This document shows positions 40,526 to 50,427 of a DNA stretch of 64,000 nucleotides, one piece after another. The notes below the pieces were generated by a model. The model made no database searches. It was given only the letters and a program-made list of their open reading frames with translations, and was not told where the DNA came from. Numbering within the stretch: the first letter of the stretch is position 1; each line of letters begins with the position of its first letter. This DNA is from Neisseriales bacterium (GTDB lineage Bacteria > Pseudomonadota > Gammaproteobacteria > Burkholderiales > Q3-R57-64): NCBI GenBank assembly GCA_016699915.1, contig CP064990.1, positions 644,456 to 708,455 on the forward strand, written 5' to 3'. A program made the position numbers and the translations under genes.

Positions 40526-40539
40526 ACTCACCTTGAGCC

Positions 40540-42003
40540 TTACGATCTAATTCGGTACATACCAACCCAATAGATTGTTGACGAAATCAATAAACCAACA
40601 AACCATGCATAAGTGTAAATGTTGTTAAAAATGCTTGGAATATTTGTGAAACTTGCTGGAAAAGCTGCCCCTAAAAATCCAGGAATATTGGGTAGCACAC
40701 CCAATATAAAAGCTAGTAACGCTATCTTGTTCCATCCATTCCCATAGTGGTAAATGCCTTTGAGTTGATAAAGCGCTTCAACATTCAGTTTTGTGCGGCG
40801 AATTAAAAAATAATCCACAATCAAAATTCCGGTAATAGGTCCTAATAAGGAAGAGTAGCCGATTAACCACGTAAAAATATAGCCATCTGTTGTCTCAATC
40901 ACTTTCCAAGGCATCATTAAAATAGCTAAAGCTGCGGTTATATAGCCGCCCACCTTGTAAGAAATCTTCTGTGGATACAATGCTGAAAAGTCGTAACTAG
41001 GTCCCACCATATTAGCTGCCAAATTCACGCTGATAGTATCAACCAATAACACAATTAAAGCCACCAATACCGCAATGCCCGTCATACGACCAGCAAGCGT
41101 AATCGGATCCCATAATGCTTCGCCATAAATCACAATCGTTGCCGAAGTCACTAAAACCGCAAGTAAAGACAACATGGCCATGGGAATTGGCAAACCAACC
41201 ATTTGGCCAATCACTTGTTCGCGCTGATTTTTGGTAAATCGCGTAAAGTCAGCAATACTTAAGGCTAATGCCGCCCAAAACCCGACCATCGCCGTTAAAG
41301 AAGGCCAAAAAACTTGCCAAAACTGCCCAGCTTTAGCGCCTCCCGCTTCAAACTGAGAAGGTTGATCCAAAATAGGGCCTAGTCCTCCGGCTTGATGGTA
41401 TACCCATCCCAATAACACAAAACAGATCACAATCTTAATGGGAGCAGTATAAGTTTCAAGTTTGCGTATCGAATCAATCCCATGCACAATAAACCACAAT
41501 TGCAAGAACCAAAAGGCCATAAAACAGACCAATTGGGCAAAATTGATGCCCAAAAATGGCAAAATAGCACCCCCTATGGGTACGCCGAGAATCAAACTAC
41601 CAAGCGTGTAAATCATTTGACCACCAATCCACGTATCAATGCCATACCACCCACAAGCAACCAGGGCACGCAAAAAGGCGGGTAATTTAGCGCCCAAAGT
41701 ACCAAAAGATGAGCGCATCAATACTGCGCAAGGTATCCCATATTTGACACCCGCATGGCCAATTAAGAGCATCGGGATTAACACAATGACATTGCCTAAG
41801 AAGATCGTTGCAACAGCCTGCTTCCATGACATCCCATTCATGATCAGGCTGCCTGATAACATGTAAGCGGTGATACACATCACCATCCCAATCCATAAGG
41901 CTGCAAAATGATACCAGGCCCAAGTACGCGCTTGCACGGAAGTTGGCATCAAATCAGGGTTCGATAAATGAGCATCCATCGTTATATTTTCAAGTTGATC
42001 CAA
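40540..42003 (-). CDS. NCS1-family nucleobase:cation symporter (cytosine/uracil/allantoin permease type)
   Basis: 487 aa, 12 TM segments and an NCS1-like N-terminal pattern (DLMPTS...RTWAWYHFAALWIGM). Confidence 0.8.
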   Translation of the reverse strand: MDQLENITMDAHLSNPDLMPTSVQARTWAWYHFAALWIGMVMCITAYMLSGSLIMNGMSWKQAVATIFLGNVIVLIPMLLIGHAGVKYGIPCAVLMRSSFGTLGAKLPAFLRALVACGWYGIDTWIGGQMIYTLGSLILGVPIGGAILPFLGINFAQLVCFMAFWFLQLWFIVHGIDSIRKLETYTAPIKIVICFVLLGWVYHQAGGLGPILDQPSQFEAGGAKAGQFWQVFWPSLTAMVGFWAALALSIADFTRFTKNQREQVIGQMVGLPIPMAMLSLLAVLVTSATIVIYGEALWDPITLAGRMTGIAVLVALIVLLVDTISVNLAANMVGPSYDFSALYPQKISYKVGGYITAALAILMMPWKVIETTDGYIFTWLIGYSSLLGPITGILIVDYFLIRRTKLNVEALYQLKGIYHYGNGWNKIALLAFILGVLPNIPGFLGAAFPASFTNIPSIFNNIYTYAWFVGLLISSTIYWVGMYRIRS

Positions 42004-42153
42004 AGCGGATTATTGTACAATTAATGTTGGCTCTACTTTAAAAAAAGTAGCACTTAGCAACAAAAAGCAGTCATCTTGACACGCTTTCTTTATAATAGCG
42101 CCTGCTTGTTAATGTTTTCATACTTTAATGGTCGATTGCATTAGGCATAACCT

Positions 42154-43437
42154 ATGAATACGTTCTCTTTTTTTCGATCTTCTTTATTCTTATCCATCAA
42201 CCGGTATATCGGTAAAATTGGTGGTGTGGCTATGATCATGATCCTAGGCCACTATGACACAAATGTTGTGGCGGCTTTTTCCCTGCTATTGGCTGGCATC
42301 TCCATTTTTTTTATGGCTGCTATAGCGGGTCAAATGGGTTTGCAATCAGAATTTGCAAGGCTCAAAGCGCAGAATAAAGATAGTGCAGGATTACTGGCTG
42401 GCTCGATCATGCTATTTGGTGGATTAGCGGGTATTTTATATCTTGCTATCTCGGTCATGGGAGCTGATTACTTTATTAGGGGGAAAGATCCCATTTTTGA
42501 GAGTGCTCGCCAGAGTTTTGGGCTACTAACTATCTCCATTCCGCTTTTAGCACTCAACAATATCTGTGCCATGTTTTTAGAGGGTAATGGCCGTGCTGCT
42601 GTTGTATCCATCGTACGTATTGGACAAGTATTTTGTGGTATTACTATCGTAGTTAGCATCGCTTTACTAATAGGGTTGAGCCTATTTAAAGTGATTAGCG
42701 TCTATGTTATTTTAGATGCAACCGCATTATGTGTATTGGGACTATACATTCACAAAAAACAACTGGTTTCTTTTCTTGATTTGTCATTCAACAATATTAA
42801 ACAAGTTTTTCGACCCTTTACGATCGGGGCACCTGCTGCACTTTGCCAAGCTGCTACGTCTTTTGCCACTTTTCAATTAACAAGTCTTGTAACGGGATTA
42901 GGAGTACCTGCTGCAATCGCTTTATCAACCATCATATCGTTAACACTTTTGCTACAAATTCCGATTATTGGGGTTAGTCAACAGGTCGGCTTAGAGGTAG
43001 CCAAACAACATAGTCTTAAACAGCCTATTTGGGCTAGCACGAAAAAAGGCTCTATGACGATTTTGATCATTCTGAGCATCGGGATATTAGCTATCTTTTT
43101 GAATCGCTCAACACTCGGTTTGATGGTAGCTAATGACGCTACGACCCAAATGGTTTTTGTAGAATCGATTGGTAGCGTCATTTTATACATGATTGCTAGC
43201 ATCGCATCGCTTTATCTATTGAACTTGCTTCGTTCCTGTGGAGACTATGTGATTCCACAGGTTATTGCTACACTCTGCGGTGCGTTGGGATTTGCCGCAT
43301 GGGTCATTTGGGTCAGGCAACCTATCTCTTTTGTAGAAAGCATCAATACCTATATTGTATTTAGTATTTTATCAAGCCTAATGCTACTGGGCAGACTGCT
43401 CTACCTGAATACTAAGGTAAAAAATAGTCATGCCTAA
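42154..43437 (+). CDS. MATE-family efflux transporter (probable)
   Basis: 427 aa and 12 TM segments. The N-terminal pattern GGVAMIMILGHYDTNVVAAFSL resembles the MATE motif (vd..mvGhlG...laa..la). Confidence 0.55.
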   Translation: MNTFSFFRSSLFLSINRYIGKIGGVAMIMILGHYDTNVVAAFSLLLAGISIFFMAAIAGQMGLQSEFARLKAQNKDSAGLLAGSIMLFGGLAGILYLAISVMGADYFIRGKDPIFESARQSFGLLTISIPLLALNNICAMFLEGNGRAAVVSIVRIGQVFCGITIVVSIALLIGLSLFKVISVYVILDATALCVLGLYIHKKQLVSFLDLSFNNIKQVFRPFTIGAPAALCQAATSFATFQLTSLVTGLGVPAAIALSTIISLTLLLQIPIIGVSQQVGLEVAKQHSLKQPIWASTKKGSMTILIILSIGILAIFLNRSTLGLMVANDATTQMVFVESIGSVILYMIASIASLYLLNLLRSCGDYVIPQVIATLCGALGFAAWVIWVRQPISFVESINTYIVFSILSSLMLLGRLLYLNTKVKNSHA

Positions 43438-43900
43438 ACATCGTCCAGCACTAATTTGGGTAAACCTTTCACAATTTTCAGGGAATACAAACTGACGGTA
43501 ATAACACGCAAGAAAAGCTTTAATGGATAAGCAGCATCCTTCATTTTTTCCGTTGCCCAGCAGTTTGCATCATTAAGAAGGGTGCTTTCCTTGTGTACGC
43601 TCATACCTTGACGCTCCATAACCCATTCTAAAGCTGACTTACCGTTAACCACATAGCGGTAAACATCTAAGGGAATCTTACGTGTTGTTAACCATTCGTT
43701 ATAAACGACACGGTTTTGCCAAGGCTTTTCCAGCTTCTATAAAAGCATTAAAATCCGTATAGATTCTGACGCAAGGAATATGTAGCAATACTTTGGTAAG
43801 ATTATTGGTGTAGCTTGTTTTATAGGCTTCAGAATATTAAGACACCATAAACATGGTATAAAGATATTTTCTTTGGTAAGAGTTTGGTTAGGATATGCAG
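43434..43900 (-). pseudogene. Decayed C-terminal remnant of a type ISP restriction-modification enzyme / COG4889 helicase
   Basis: The intact tail reads YRYVVNGKSALEWVMERQ...LLNDANCW...LFLRVITVSLYSLKIVKGLP. Upstream pieces in three different frames read KENIF, YHVYGVL and EAYKTSYTNNLTKVLLHIP...TDFNAFIEAGKALAK. No helicase or methylase domains remain. Confidence 0.6.
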
Positions 43901-43979
43901 GTAGCGGCTTGCTTAAATAGCATGAATCTTGCCATCAGTCTCCTTTGTAACAAGACTAACCATTTTTGTCAACATACTA

Positions 43980-44624
43980 CTACTCTACTTGTTTGGTACC
44001 AAATATCTTATCGCCCGCATCTCCCAAACCTGGAATAATGTAACCATTCTCATTAAGATGGCTATCTAAGGCAGCGGTAAAAATTTCTACATCCGGATGC
44101 CGTTTATTCACTAATGCTACGCCTTCTGGCGCTGAAACCATCGTTACCGCTCGAACATGTTGACAGCCTTTTGTTTTAAGTAAATCAATGGTTGCACACA
44201 TTGACCCACCTGTTGCTAGCATCGGATCAATGATCAGCGCTAAACGCTGATTAAGCGAACCGACAAACTTATCAAAATAAGGAACTGGCTCTAAAGTTGC
44301 TTCATTGCGATAAAGCCCCATCACACTGATCTTAGCCGAAGGAATCATATCAATAACCCCATCGAGCATACCTAATCCTGCCCGTAAAATAGGTACCACA
44401 TTGATTTTTTTACCCTTGATGCGAAATACATCAACTGACCCACACCACCCTTCAATACTCGTTAACTCAAGATCTAAATCACGGGTTGCTTCGTAGGTTA
44501 ACAATCTTGCCAATTCTTTGGTCAATAGTCGAAATTGTGATGTACTGATATCACGCGCTCTCATTAAACCTAACTTATGTTGCACCAAGGGATGTTTGAC
44601 AATGTGAACCCCTAGTTTCGTCAT
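43980..44624 (-). CDS. upp: Uracil phosphoribosyltransferase
   Basis: [32 protein letters not shown] and [11 protein letters not shown] motifs. The start is placed at MTKLGVHIV. Confidence 0.93.
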   Translation of the reverse strand: MTKLGVHIVKHPLVQHKLGLMRARDISTSQFRLLTKELARLLTYEATRDLDLELTSIEGWCGSVDVFRIKGKKINVVPILRAGLGMLDGVIDMIPSAKISVMGLYRNEATLEPVPYFDKFVGSLNQRLALIIDPMLATGGSMCATIDLLKTKGCQHVRAVTMVSAPEGVALVNKRHPDVEIFTAALDSHLNENGYIIPGLGDAGDKIFGTKQVE

Positions 44625-44841
44625 GGGCACTCCTTCAAAACAATTGGCAAGATTAAGATGCTTCATTTTACTCTCTAGACTTTAATTTTAGGGTAAAAAT
44701 TCCTATTTTTAGAAGAATAGCATCCTGTTTTAAAGGGTAAGCACATTCAATACATACATTTCAACTAATTCTCCTAACCACATCAAACATGTTACAATTT
44801 TGGCTGATCAAATCAGGTAGGATCAGACTAGGATATGAGAT

Positions 44842-46269
44842 ATGAAAAAATATTGTTGGCTTGCTGCATTAGTCATCGCGAGTAGTTTGCCAGTTTTATC
44901 TTGTGCCGACGATGCTCCGCTTCTCCCAAAGTCTCACTCTGAATCACTGCCTTCTTTTTTTGATTTTTGGGATTACGATATCACCGTTGAAGCTGGCATT
45001 GAAAAAACACTCTCCAAAGACGAATCTTTCAACCTATCTCACCCAATACTGATAGGTAATTTTGACCTAGAAGTAAAGGGAGTTTTTCCGGTTGCGCCAA
45101 CCACTTCAAAGACGAGCTTATTATGGGGAACCCATATGCGCTTGTCGCCACAGCACTTAGCCATTAAAGATGTTTACGCGGGTGTAGGTTTTCAGTTTGG
45201 GCAGTTAAAGTATGGTTTATTGACAACACTACCTGAGAACCCTCTTGCTGATTACTGGAAGGGAGAAGGCGCTAATAATATCGCTATTTATAATAATTTT
45301 GACACACTACTAAAAAATGCTTATCGTTTTCAATCCACTCCGTTAAACGGCTTTTCTTTTCATCTCATTCGAGGAACCAGCGGTTATATCACGGGTGCAA
45401 CCAACAAACCCGATATTACCTTTACCATTTCTGACATTCCTGTCACAGGTTATGGATTCCAGTTTCAAGATAAAGGTTTAACGATGGGCTACACTACTTT
45501 TACAAAAGAAGGCGATGCACAAACAACTGTCGCACCGCGAGGAACCTATATTTTGACAACACCCTCAACGCCTTCCCCTGGTGGATTTCCAGATATGCCA
45601 GGATTTGGTAGAAATGAGCGATCTACATCACCATCCACCTCAACTCAGTCTTCTGCTGATACATCGAATAAAGATATTTATATACAACGGCAGATTAAAA
45701 TTGGCTATGACCAACACCCGCTATGGTGGCAATTAGGCTACCAACAAAAACAAAGTCGGGAAGGCTGGGGAGATGTCTCATCGGTCATGCCCGTTACACC
45801 GAGTCAAAAAGCAATCGACGTCATTAAAGAAGATATTGGTTTGCTCAATGAAATACTCCAAAATCCGGACATTAAATTCACTTGGCCTTGGTTTAAAACA
45901 CATGAAATTTTAGCAGGGATAGGTTATACCTTTGGCCAATTCCGACCTAAGGCCATGGTGGTTTTTGGTACCATTGACAAGAGCAGTCGTCGTAATATCT
46001 GTATTGATGTATCGCAATGCGATGACTCGATCTGTCAAGTCGCAGAACAACGTTATGGTCAAATCATTGAACGAGAAGTTCCCATGTCCGACTATCGACA
46101 ATATATCTTAGGCATAGATTATCTTGTCAATACGCACACCACTTTGGGTGTCTCTTGTGGAAAAATAAATTGGCTTAACCATGACTATGGGAGTGATGAA
46201 ACCCTCCAAGAACTGGGTGCTTGGCAAAATAAACAAAGTTTTGGGTTACATATTAGTCATCGGTTCTAA
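44842..46269 (+). CDS. Outer-membrane beta-barrel protein (putative porin)
   Basis: Signal peptide (MKKYCWLAALVIASSLPVLSCADD), alternating beta-strand patterns and a C-terminal ...GLHISHRF ending in Phe. Contains a low-complexity S/T/P insert. Confidence 0.6.
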   Translation: MKKYCWLAALVIASSLPVLSCADDAPLLPKSHSESLPSFFDFWDYDITVEAGIEKTLSKDESFNLSHPILIGNFDLEVKGVFPVAPTTSKTSLLWGTHMRLSPQHLAIKDVYAGVGFQFGQLKYGLLTTLPENPLADYWKGEGANNIAIYNNFDTLLKNAYRFQSTPLNGFSFHLIRGTSGYITGATNKPDITFTISDIPVTGYGFQFQDKGLTMGYTTFTKEGDAQTTVAPRGTYILTTPSTPSPGGFPDMPGFGRNERSTSPSTSTQSSADTSNKDIYIQRQIKIGYDQHPLWWQLGYQQKQSREGWGDVSSVMPVTPSQKAIDVIKEDIGLLNEILQNPDIKFTWPWFKTHEILAGIGYTFGQFRPKAMVVFGTIDKSSRRNICIDVSQCDDSICQVAEQRYGQIIEREVPMSDYRQYILGIDYLVNTHTTLGVSCGKINWLNHDYGSDETLQELGAWQNKQSFGLHISHRF

Positions 46270-46497
46270 AAAAATAGCTTGTGACCTGTCTATCACCTCT
46301 AACGTACCTTTCAAAAATAAGGTGTGTTATCGCGTTGTATGACCTGTTAGTAATGGTAATCCAACCAGCGAAAAGGTCATCGGCACAACAGGTAAATCTC
46401 GCAGACCTAAAAGCAAAAACGCTTGATTTAATTTGATCGTTTATTCTAAAAAGTTATATTGCCCTCTAGCCTATCATCGCCACATTACTGAACCAAT

Positions 46498-47163
46498 ATG
46501 CCCACTTCACAATTAATTTTTAATCTCAATTTGCCTAGTCACTATGACTTTAATCATTTTATTGTCGGAGACAATCATGAAGCACTGGCCATGCTTGCCT
46601 CAAAGAACACGGAACGATTCATTGCATTATGGGGCTATTCAGGCGCTGGTAAAACGCACCTACTTAAAGCTTGGATTCAGCAAGCAACAATACAAAAACT
46701 ACCTGCTCTTTATATTGATGCGCGACACACAAAACTTACACATGCCATAAAACACGCGAACCAGCTTGCTGTTGATCATATCGAAGCACTCGATACAGAA
46801 TCGCAAACTACGCTATTTGCGATATATAACGCTTTTCGTACAACACCGTCTGCTCGCTTATTGATCGCATCAAATTGTCCTCCCTCACAATTAGTGCTGC
46901 GCGATGATTTGCGATCGCGTATCAGTGCAGGGTTAGTCTATGAAATTCACGCACTCAGCGATGAACACAAATTCATCGCGCTACGCACTTATGCTCAGGC
47001 GAAACAAATTAATATACCGGATAACATATTGCGATACTTGCTGCATCACTTCCAGCGCAACCTTTCCGCTTTAACTTTGCTTATAGATACACTGGATCGT
47101 GAAGCGTTATCCCATCATCATCCCATTACCTTGCCATTTTTAAAATCCATTTTATCTATTTAG
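46498..47163 (+). CDS. hda: DnaA regulatory inactivator Hda
   Basis: FNHFIVGDNHEALAML, Walker A LWGYSGAGKTHLL, and DnaA-like AAA+ box VII/sensor regions. 221 aa. Confidence 0.85.
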   Translation: MPTSQLIFNLNLPSHYDFNHFIVGDNHEALAMLASKNTERFIALWGYSGAGKTHLLKAWIQQATIQKLPALYIDARHTKLTHAIKHANQLAVDHIEALDTESQTTLFAIYNAFRTTPSARLLIASNCPPSQLVLRDDLRSRISAGLVYEIHALSDEHKFIALRTYAQAKQINIPDNILRYLLHHFQRNLSALTLLIDTLDREALSHHHPITLPFLKSILSI

Positions 47164-47277
47164 CGTAATACACTCAATCTGGGCACTTATTAACTGTCTT
47201 TGACTCGTTTTAACAATGCTAGTCAAGGATAGCAAAACACGTTACAATGTGCGCTTAATATTCACCCTCAATAAGGA

Positions 47278-47601
47278 ATGACTATGCTTGCTGCTCCTGC
47301 TGTTAGTTCGTCAATAGCCAGTATCTTTTCCTCACCCATGATCCCGATGCTCTTGATTTTCTTTGGATTTTGGTATTTTTTCATTATTCGCCCCCAAATC
47401 AAACGTAATAAATCCGACCAAGCGATGCGAAGTGCCCTATCTAAAGGAGACGAAGTGATGGTGCTCGGAGGGCTCATTGGACGTATTGCCAAAACCGATG
47501 AGCAGTTTATTAGCATTGAAGTTGCTAAAGGCGTAACGATTCAATTACAACGCACTAGCGTCAATGCAAAATTACCGGAAGGCACCTATAAAGCATCATA
47601 A
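47278..47601 (+). CDS. yajC: Preprotein translocase subunit YajC
   Basis: FFIIRPQIKRNK...LSKGDEVMVLGGLIGRI. Lies directly upstream of secDF. Confidence 0.93.
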   Translation: MTMLAAPAVSSSIASIFSSPMIPMLLIFFGFWYFFIIRPQIKRNKSDQAMRSALSKGDEVMVLGGLIGRIAKTDEQFISIEVAKGVTIQLQRTSVNAKLPEGTYKAS

Positions 47602-47618
47602 TCTCAATAAAGATTGCC

Positions 47619-49448
47619 ATGTATCGCTACGCTCATTGGAAATATGCTGTTATTGTTTTTATTTTAGCTTTAGCAACCGTTTATATCCTGCCTAATTTTT
47701 TTCGTACCGTACCGGCAATCCAAATTTCCAGTGCACGGCAGTCTGCGCATATTAATGAATCCACCCTAAGAGCTGCCAAAATCACCTTACAAATAGCAGG
47801 TATTCCTTATCGCGATTTATTTTTACATCAAAACAGTGTAAAGATACGATTTGCTAATCCTCAGCACCAGCACCAAGCCTACCTAGCTATCCAAAAACAG
47901 TTTGGCTCAAGCTACATCATGGCATTAAATCAGCTCGTTAATTCACCTGTATGGATGCATAAAATTGGAGCGCAGCCCCTATTTTTGGGGTTAGATTTAC
48001 GCGGTGGCGTACACTTTTTACTTCAAGTAGATACAGAGGCGGTCTTAAATAAAACCATGGATCGCTATATGAGCGATCTTCGGCATGCCTTGATCGATCA
48101 AAACATCCTACCAAGCAGCATGATGAAACAAAATAAGCGTATCGTGCTGATCTTTGCTAATGCGCTCGCAACGCAAAAAAGTCAGGAAGTTATCCGCCAA
48201 GCCACCCCGTTGCAAACTTTCAAACAGTCGAGTAATCAGCTTATTCTCGATTTACCAAAGGGAGAATTGGATCGTATACAGCGTCGCATGATCCAGCAAA
48301 ATATCCATACGCTGCACAACCGCATTAATGAATTAGGGGTAGCAGAACCCGTTGTACAGCAAGCTGGATTTGATCGCATCATTGTAGAGCTACCTGGTAT
48401 ACAGGACACTGCTAAAGCAAAGGATATTCTGGGTCGTACAGCCATTTTGCAGGTTCGTATGGTAGACGATGATGAAGCAGCAAACCGCGAAGCGATCACT
48501 GGCAATGTACCACCTGGCTATGAATTATTAGACGATGGACAACGTAAAATCCTTGTTTCACAGGATGTTGAATTAACGGGTGATAACATCAGTGATGCCC
48601 AAGCTGGTTTTGACCAAAATGGTGCGCCTGCTGTGCATATTCGTTTAGATTCACGGGGAGCTGAAATCTTTCGACAAGTCACCGCAGCGAATATTGGTCA
48701 GCGTATGGCCATGGTATTAATTGAAAAAAATAAAACAGAAGTGGTCACCGCCCCGGTTATTCGCTCCGAGATCGGTGGAGGACAAGTAGAAATCTCTGGT
48801 CATATGAATTCGGCCGAAGCCAATGACATCGCACTACTCTTACGCTCTGGTGCCTTGGCAGCACCGATGAGTATCATTGAAGAGAGTATAGTTGGCCCGA
48901 GCTTGGGTCAAGAAAATATTCAAAAAGGGCTTTATGCAACCCTTTGGGGTTTTATTGCCGTCGCCTGCTTCATGGTGCTCTATTACCGTGTATTTGGCTT
49001 AATTTCTGCTGGTTCTTTGCTGGTTAATGTCGTGCTATTGCTTGCCATACTATCTGCCTTGCAAGCAACACTAACCTTGCCAGGCATTGCAGCTATCGCA
49101 CTGACGCTCGGTATGGCTATTGACTCAAACGTATTAATTAATGAGCGCATCAGAGAAGAGTTAAGAAATGGTGCAACCCCACATTTTGCGATGCAAGCTG
49201 GTTATCGATTTGCTTGGGCGACCATTTTGGACTCTAACGTAACCTCATTTATTGCAGGCGCTGCTTTGTTTAGTTTAGGTTCTGGTTCAGTGAAAGGTTT
49301 TGCAGTCGTACATTGTTTGGGTATTTTAACTTCCATGTTTTCTGCCGTATTCGTATCGCGCGGGTTAGTCCACCTGTGGTACGGCAACCGCAACAGGTTA
49401 GCTAGCCTTTCAATTGGTCAAATCTGGCAACCCAAAACACCCGCCTAA
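47619..49448 (+). CDS. secD: Protein translocase subunit SecD
   Basis: 609 aa with LGLDLRGGVHFLLQVD and a C-terminal 6-TM domain with GMAIDSNVLINERIREE. Confidence 0.95.
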   Translation: MYRYAHWKYAVIVFILALATVYILPNFFRTVPAIQISSARQSAHINESTLRAAKITLQIAGIPYRDLFLHQNSVKIRFANPQHQHQAYLAIQKQFGSSYIMALNQLVNSPVWMHKIGAQPLFLGLDLRGGVHFLLQVDTEAVLNKTMDRYMSDLRHALIDQNILPSSMMKQNKRIVLIFANALATQKSQEVIRQATPLQTFKQSSNQLILDLPKGELDRIQRRMIQQNIHTLHNRINELGVAEPVVQQAGFDRIIVELPGIQDTAKAKDILGRTAILQVRMVDDDEAANREAITGNVPPGYELLDDGQRKILVSQDVELTGDNISDAQAGFDQNGAPAVHIRLDSRGAEIFRQVTAANIGQRMAMVLIEKNKTEVVTAPVIRSEIGGGQVEISGHMNSAEANDIALLLRSGALAAPMSIIEESIVGPSLGQENIQKGLYATLWGFIAVACFMVLYYRVFGLISAGSLLVNVVLLLAILSALQATLTLPGIAAIALTLGMAIDSNVLINERIREELRNGATPHFAMQAGYRFAWATILDSNVTSFIAGAALFSLGSGSVKGFAVVHCLGILTSMFSAVFVSRGLVHLWYGNRNRLASLSIGQIWQPKTPA

Positions 49449-49460
49449 GGATAAATCGCT

Positions 49461-50393
49461 ATGGAATTTTTCCGCATCAAACATGACATCCCATTCATGA
49501 GTTACGGCAAAATTACTACCGCCATCTCTTTAATCACCTTTTTACTGGCTATTGTGTTTTTATTGTTGCGCGGATTGAACTTGTCAATGGAATTTACAGG
49601 AGGTACTGCTTTACAGGTACACTATCCACATGCTGCACCCTTACAAGACATTCGCCATCGTTTGGCAGCATTTGGCACCAATCTTTCTGTGCAACAAATC
49701 AATAGCGTACATGAGGTACAGATCAAATTACCTAGCAACACCAAAGCCTCCTCAACACAATCTGTTGAGCATTGTATGGCGCTATTAAAGCAAGGTAATA
49801 CAGGCGTAACGCTTGCATCTAGTTCAACCATTCAACCACAAGTAGGTTCTGAATTAGCGCTGCAAGGTATTTATGTGATTTTAGCAGTTTGTGTGGGCAT
49901 CATGCTCTATTTGGCTTTGCGCTTTGAGTGGCGTTTTGCGCTCTCAGCGATCATCGCCAATATGCATGACATTGTCATTATTTTGGGTTGCTTTGCTTAT
50001 TTTCAGTGGGAATTTTCACTAACGGTATTAGCGGGTGTTTTAGCGGTCTTAGGCTACTCAGTTAATGAATCGGTTGTTGTTTTTGATCGAATCCGTGAAA
50101 ACTTCAAGCGGCCTAGCATGCGTAAAAGACCAGTCGCTGAAATTATTGACAATGCCATTACAGCAACCATAAGTCGTACTATCATCACGCACGGCTCAAC
50201 CGAAGCAATGGTGCTGTCCATGCTCATTTTTGGAGGATCTGTTTTGCATGGTTTTGCACTTGCTTTAACAATTGGTATCGTGTTCGGTATTTACTCTTCA
50301 GTATTAGTTGCTAGCCCAATTGTCATGGCATTGGGCTTATCTCACCACAACCTCATCAAACCACCAAAAATCAAGCAAGAAGCTGTTGTTTAA
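49461..50393 (+). CDS. secF: Protein translocase subunit SecF
   Basis: GLNLSMEFTGGT, HDIVIILG and YSVNESVVVFDRIRE motifs. Confidence 0.95.
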   Translation: MEFFRIKHDIPFMSYGKITTAISLITFLLAIVFLLLRGLNLSMEFTGGTALQVHYPHAAPLQDIRHRLAAFGTNLSVQQINSVHEVQIKLPSNTKASSTQSVEHCMALLKQGNTGVTLASSSTIQPQVGSELALQGIYVILAVCVGIMLYLALRFEWRFALSAIIANMHDIVIILGCFAYFQWEFSLTVLAGVLAVLGYSVNESVVVFDRIRENFKRPSMRKRPVAEIIDNAITATISRTIITHGSTEAMVLSMLIFGGSVLHGFALALTIGIVFGIYSSVLVASPIVMALGLSHHNLIKPPKIKQEAVV

Positions 50394-50427
50394 GCAATAA
50401 TACTGTGCCGACATTCTGAAAGCTAGT

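Larger units (their letters stand above)
30963..40539. other. Accessory island immediately 3' of tRNA-Ala, ending at the stop codon of the NCS1 transporter gene
   Basis: All six or seven genes here lack housekeeping identity, and three carry lesions. The flanks are core genes (rpsU-dnaG-rpoD on one side, NCS1/MATE/upp on the other). I found no integrase and no direct repeat of the tRNA 3' end. Confidence 0.55.

Noticed and set aside
30963-40539. Search for island hallmarks: integrase or transposase, a direct repeat of the tRNA-Ala 3' end at the far boundary, and IS elements
   Set aside because: None was found by eye, so I do not call the island a bona fide integrative mobile element. I also did not claim a GC-content shift, because spot counts of single 60-nt lines varied from 27% to 57% in both island and core DNA.
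42076-42096. Perfect TTGACA and TATAAT hexamers upstream of the MATE gene
   Set aside because: The spacer is only 9 nt (42082-42090), which is incompatible with a sigma-70 promoter. The co-occurrence is probably chance in AT-rich DNA.
46270-46497. Short inverted motifs (GACCTGTT ... AACAGGT, TGACC ... GGTCA) in the spacer upstream of hda
   Set aside because: The arms are only 7-8 nt with irregular spacing and do not form a clean hairpin or an operator-like dyad.
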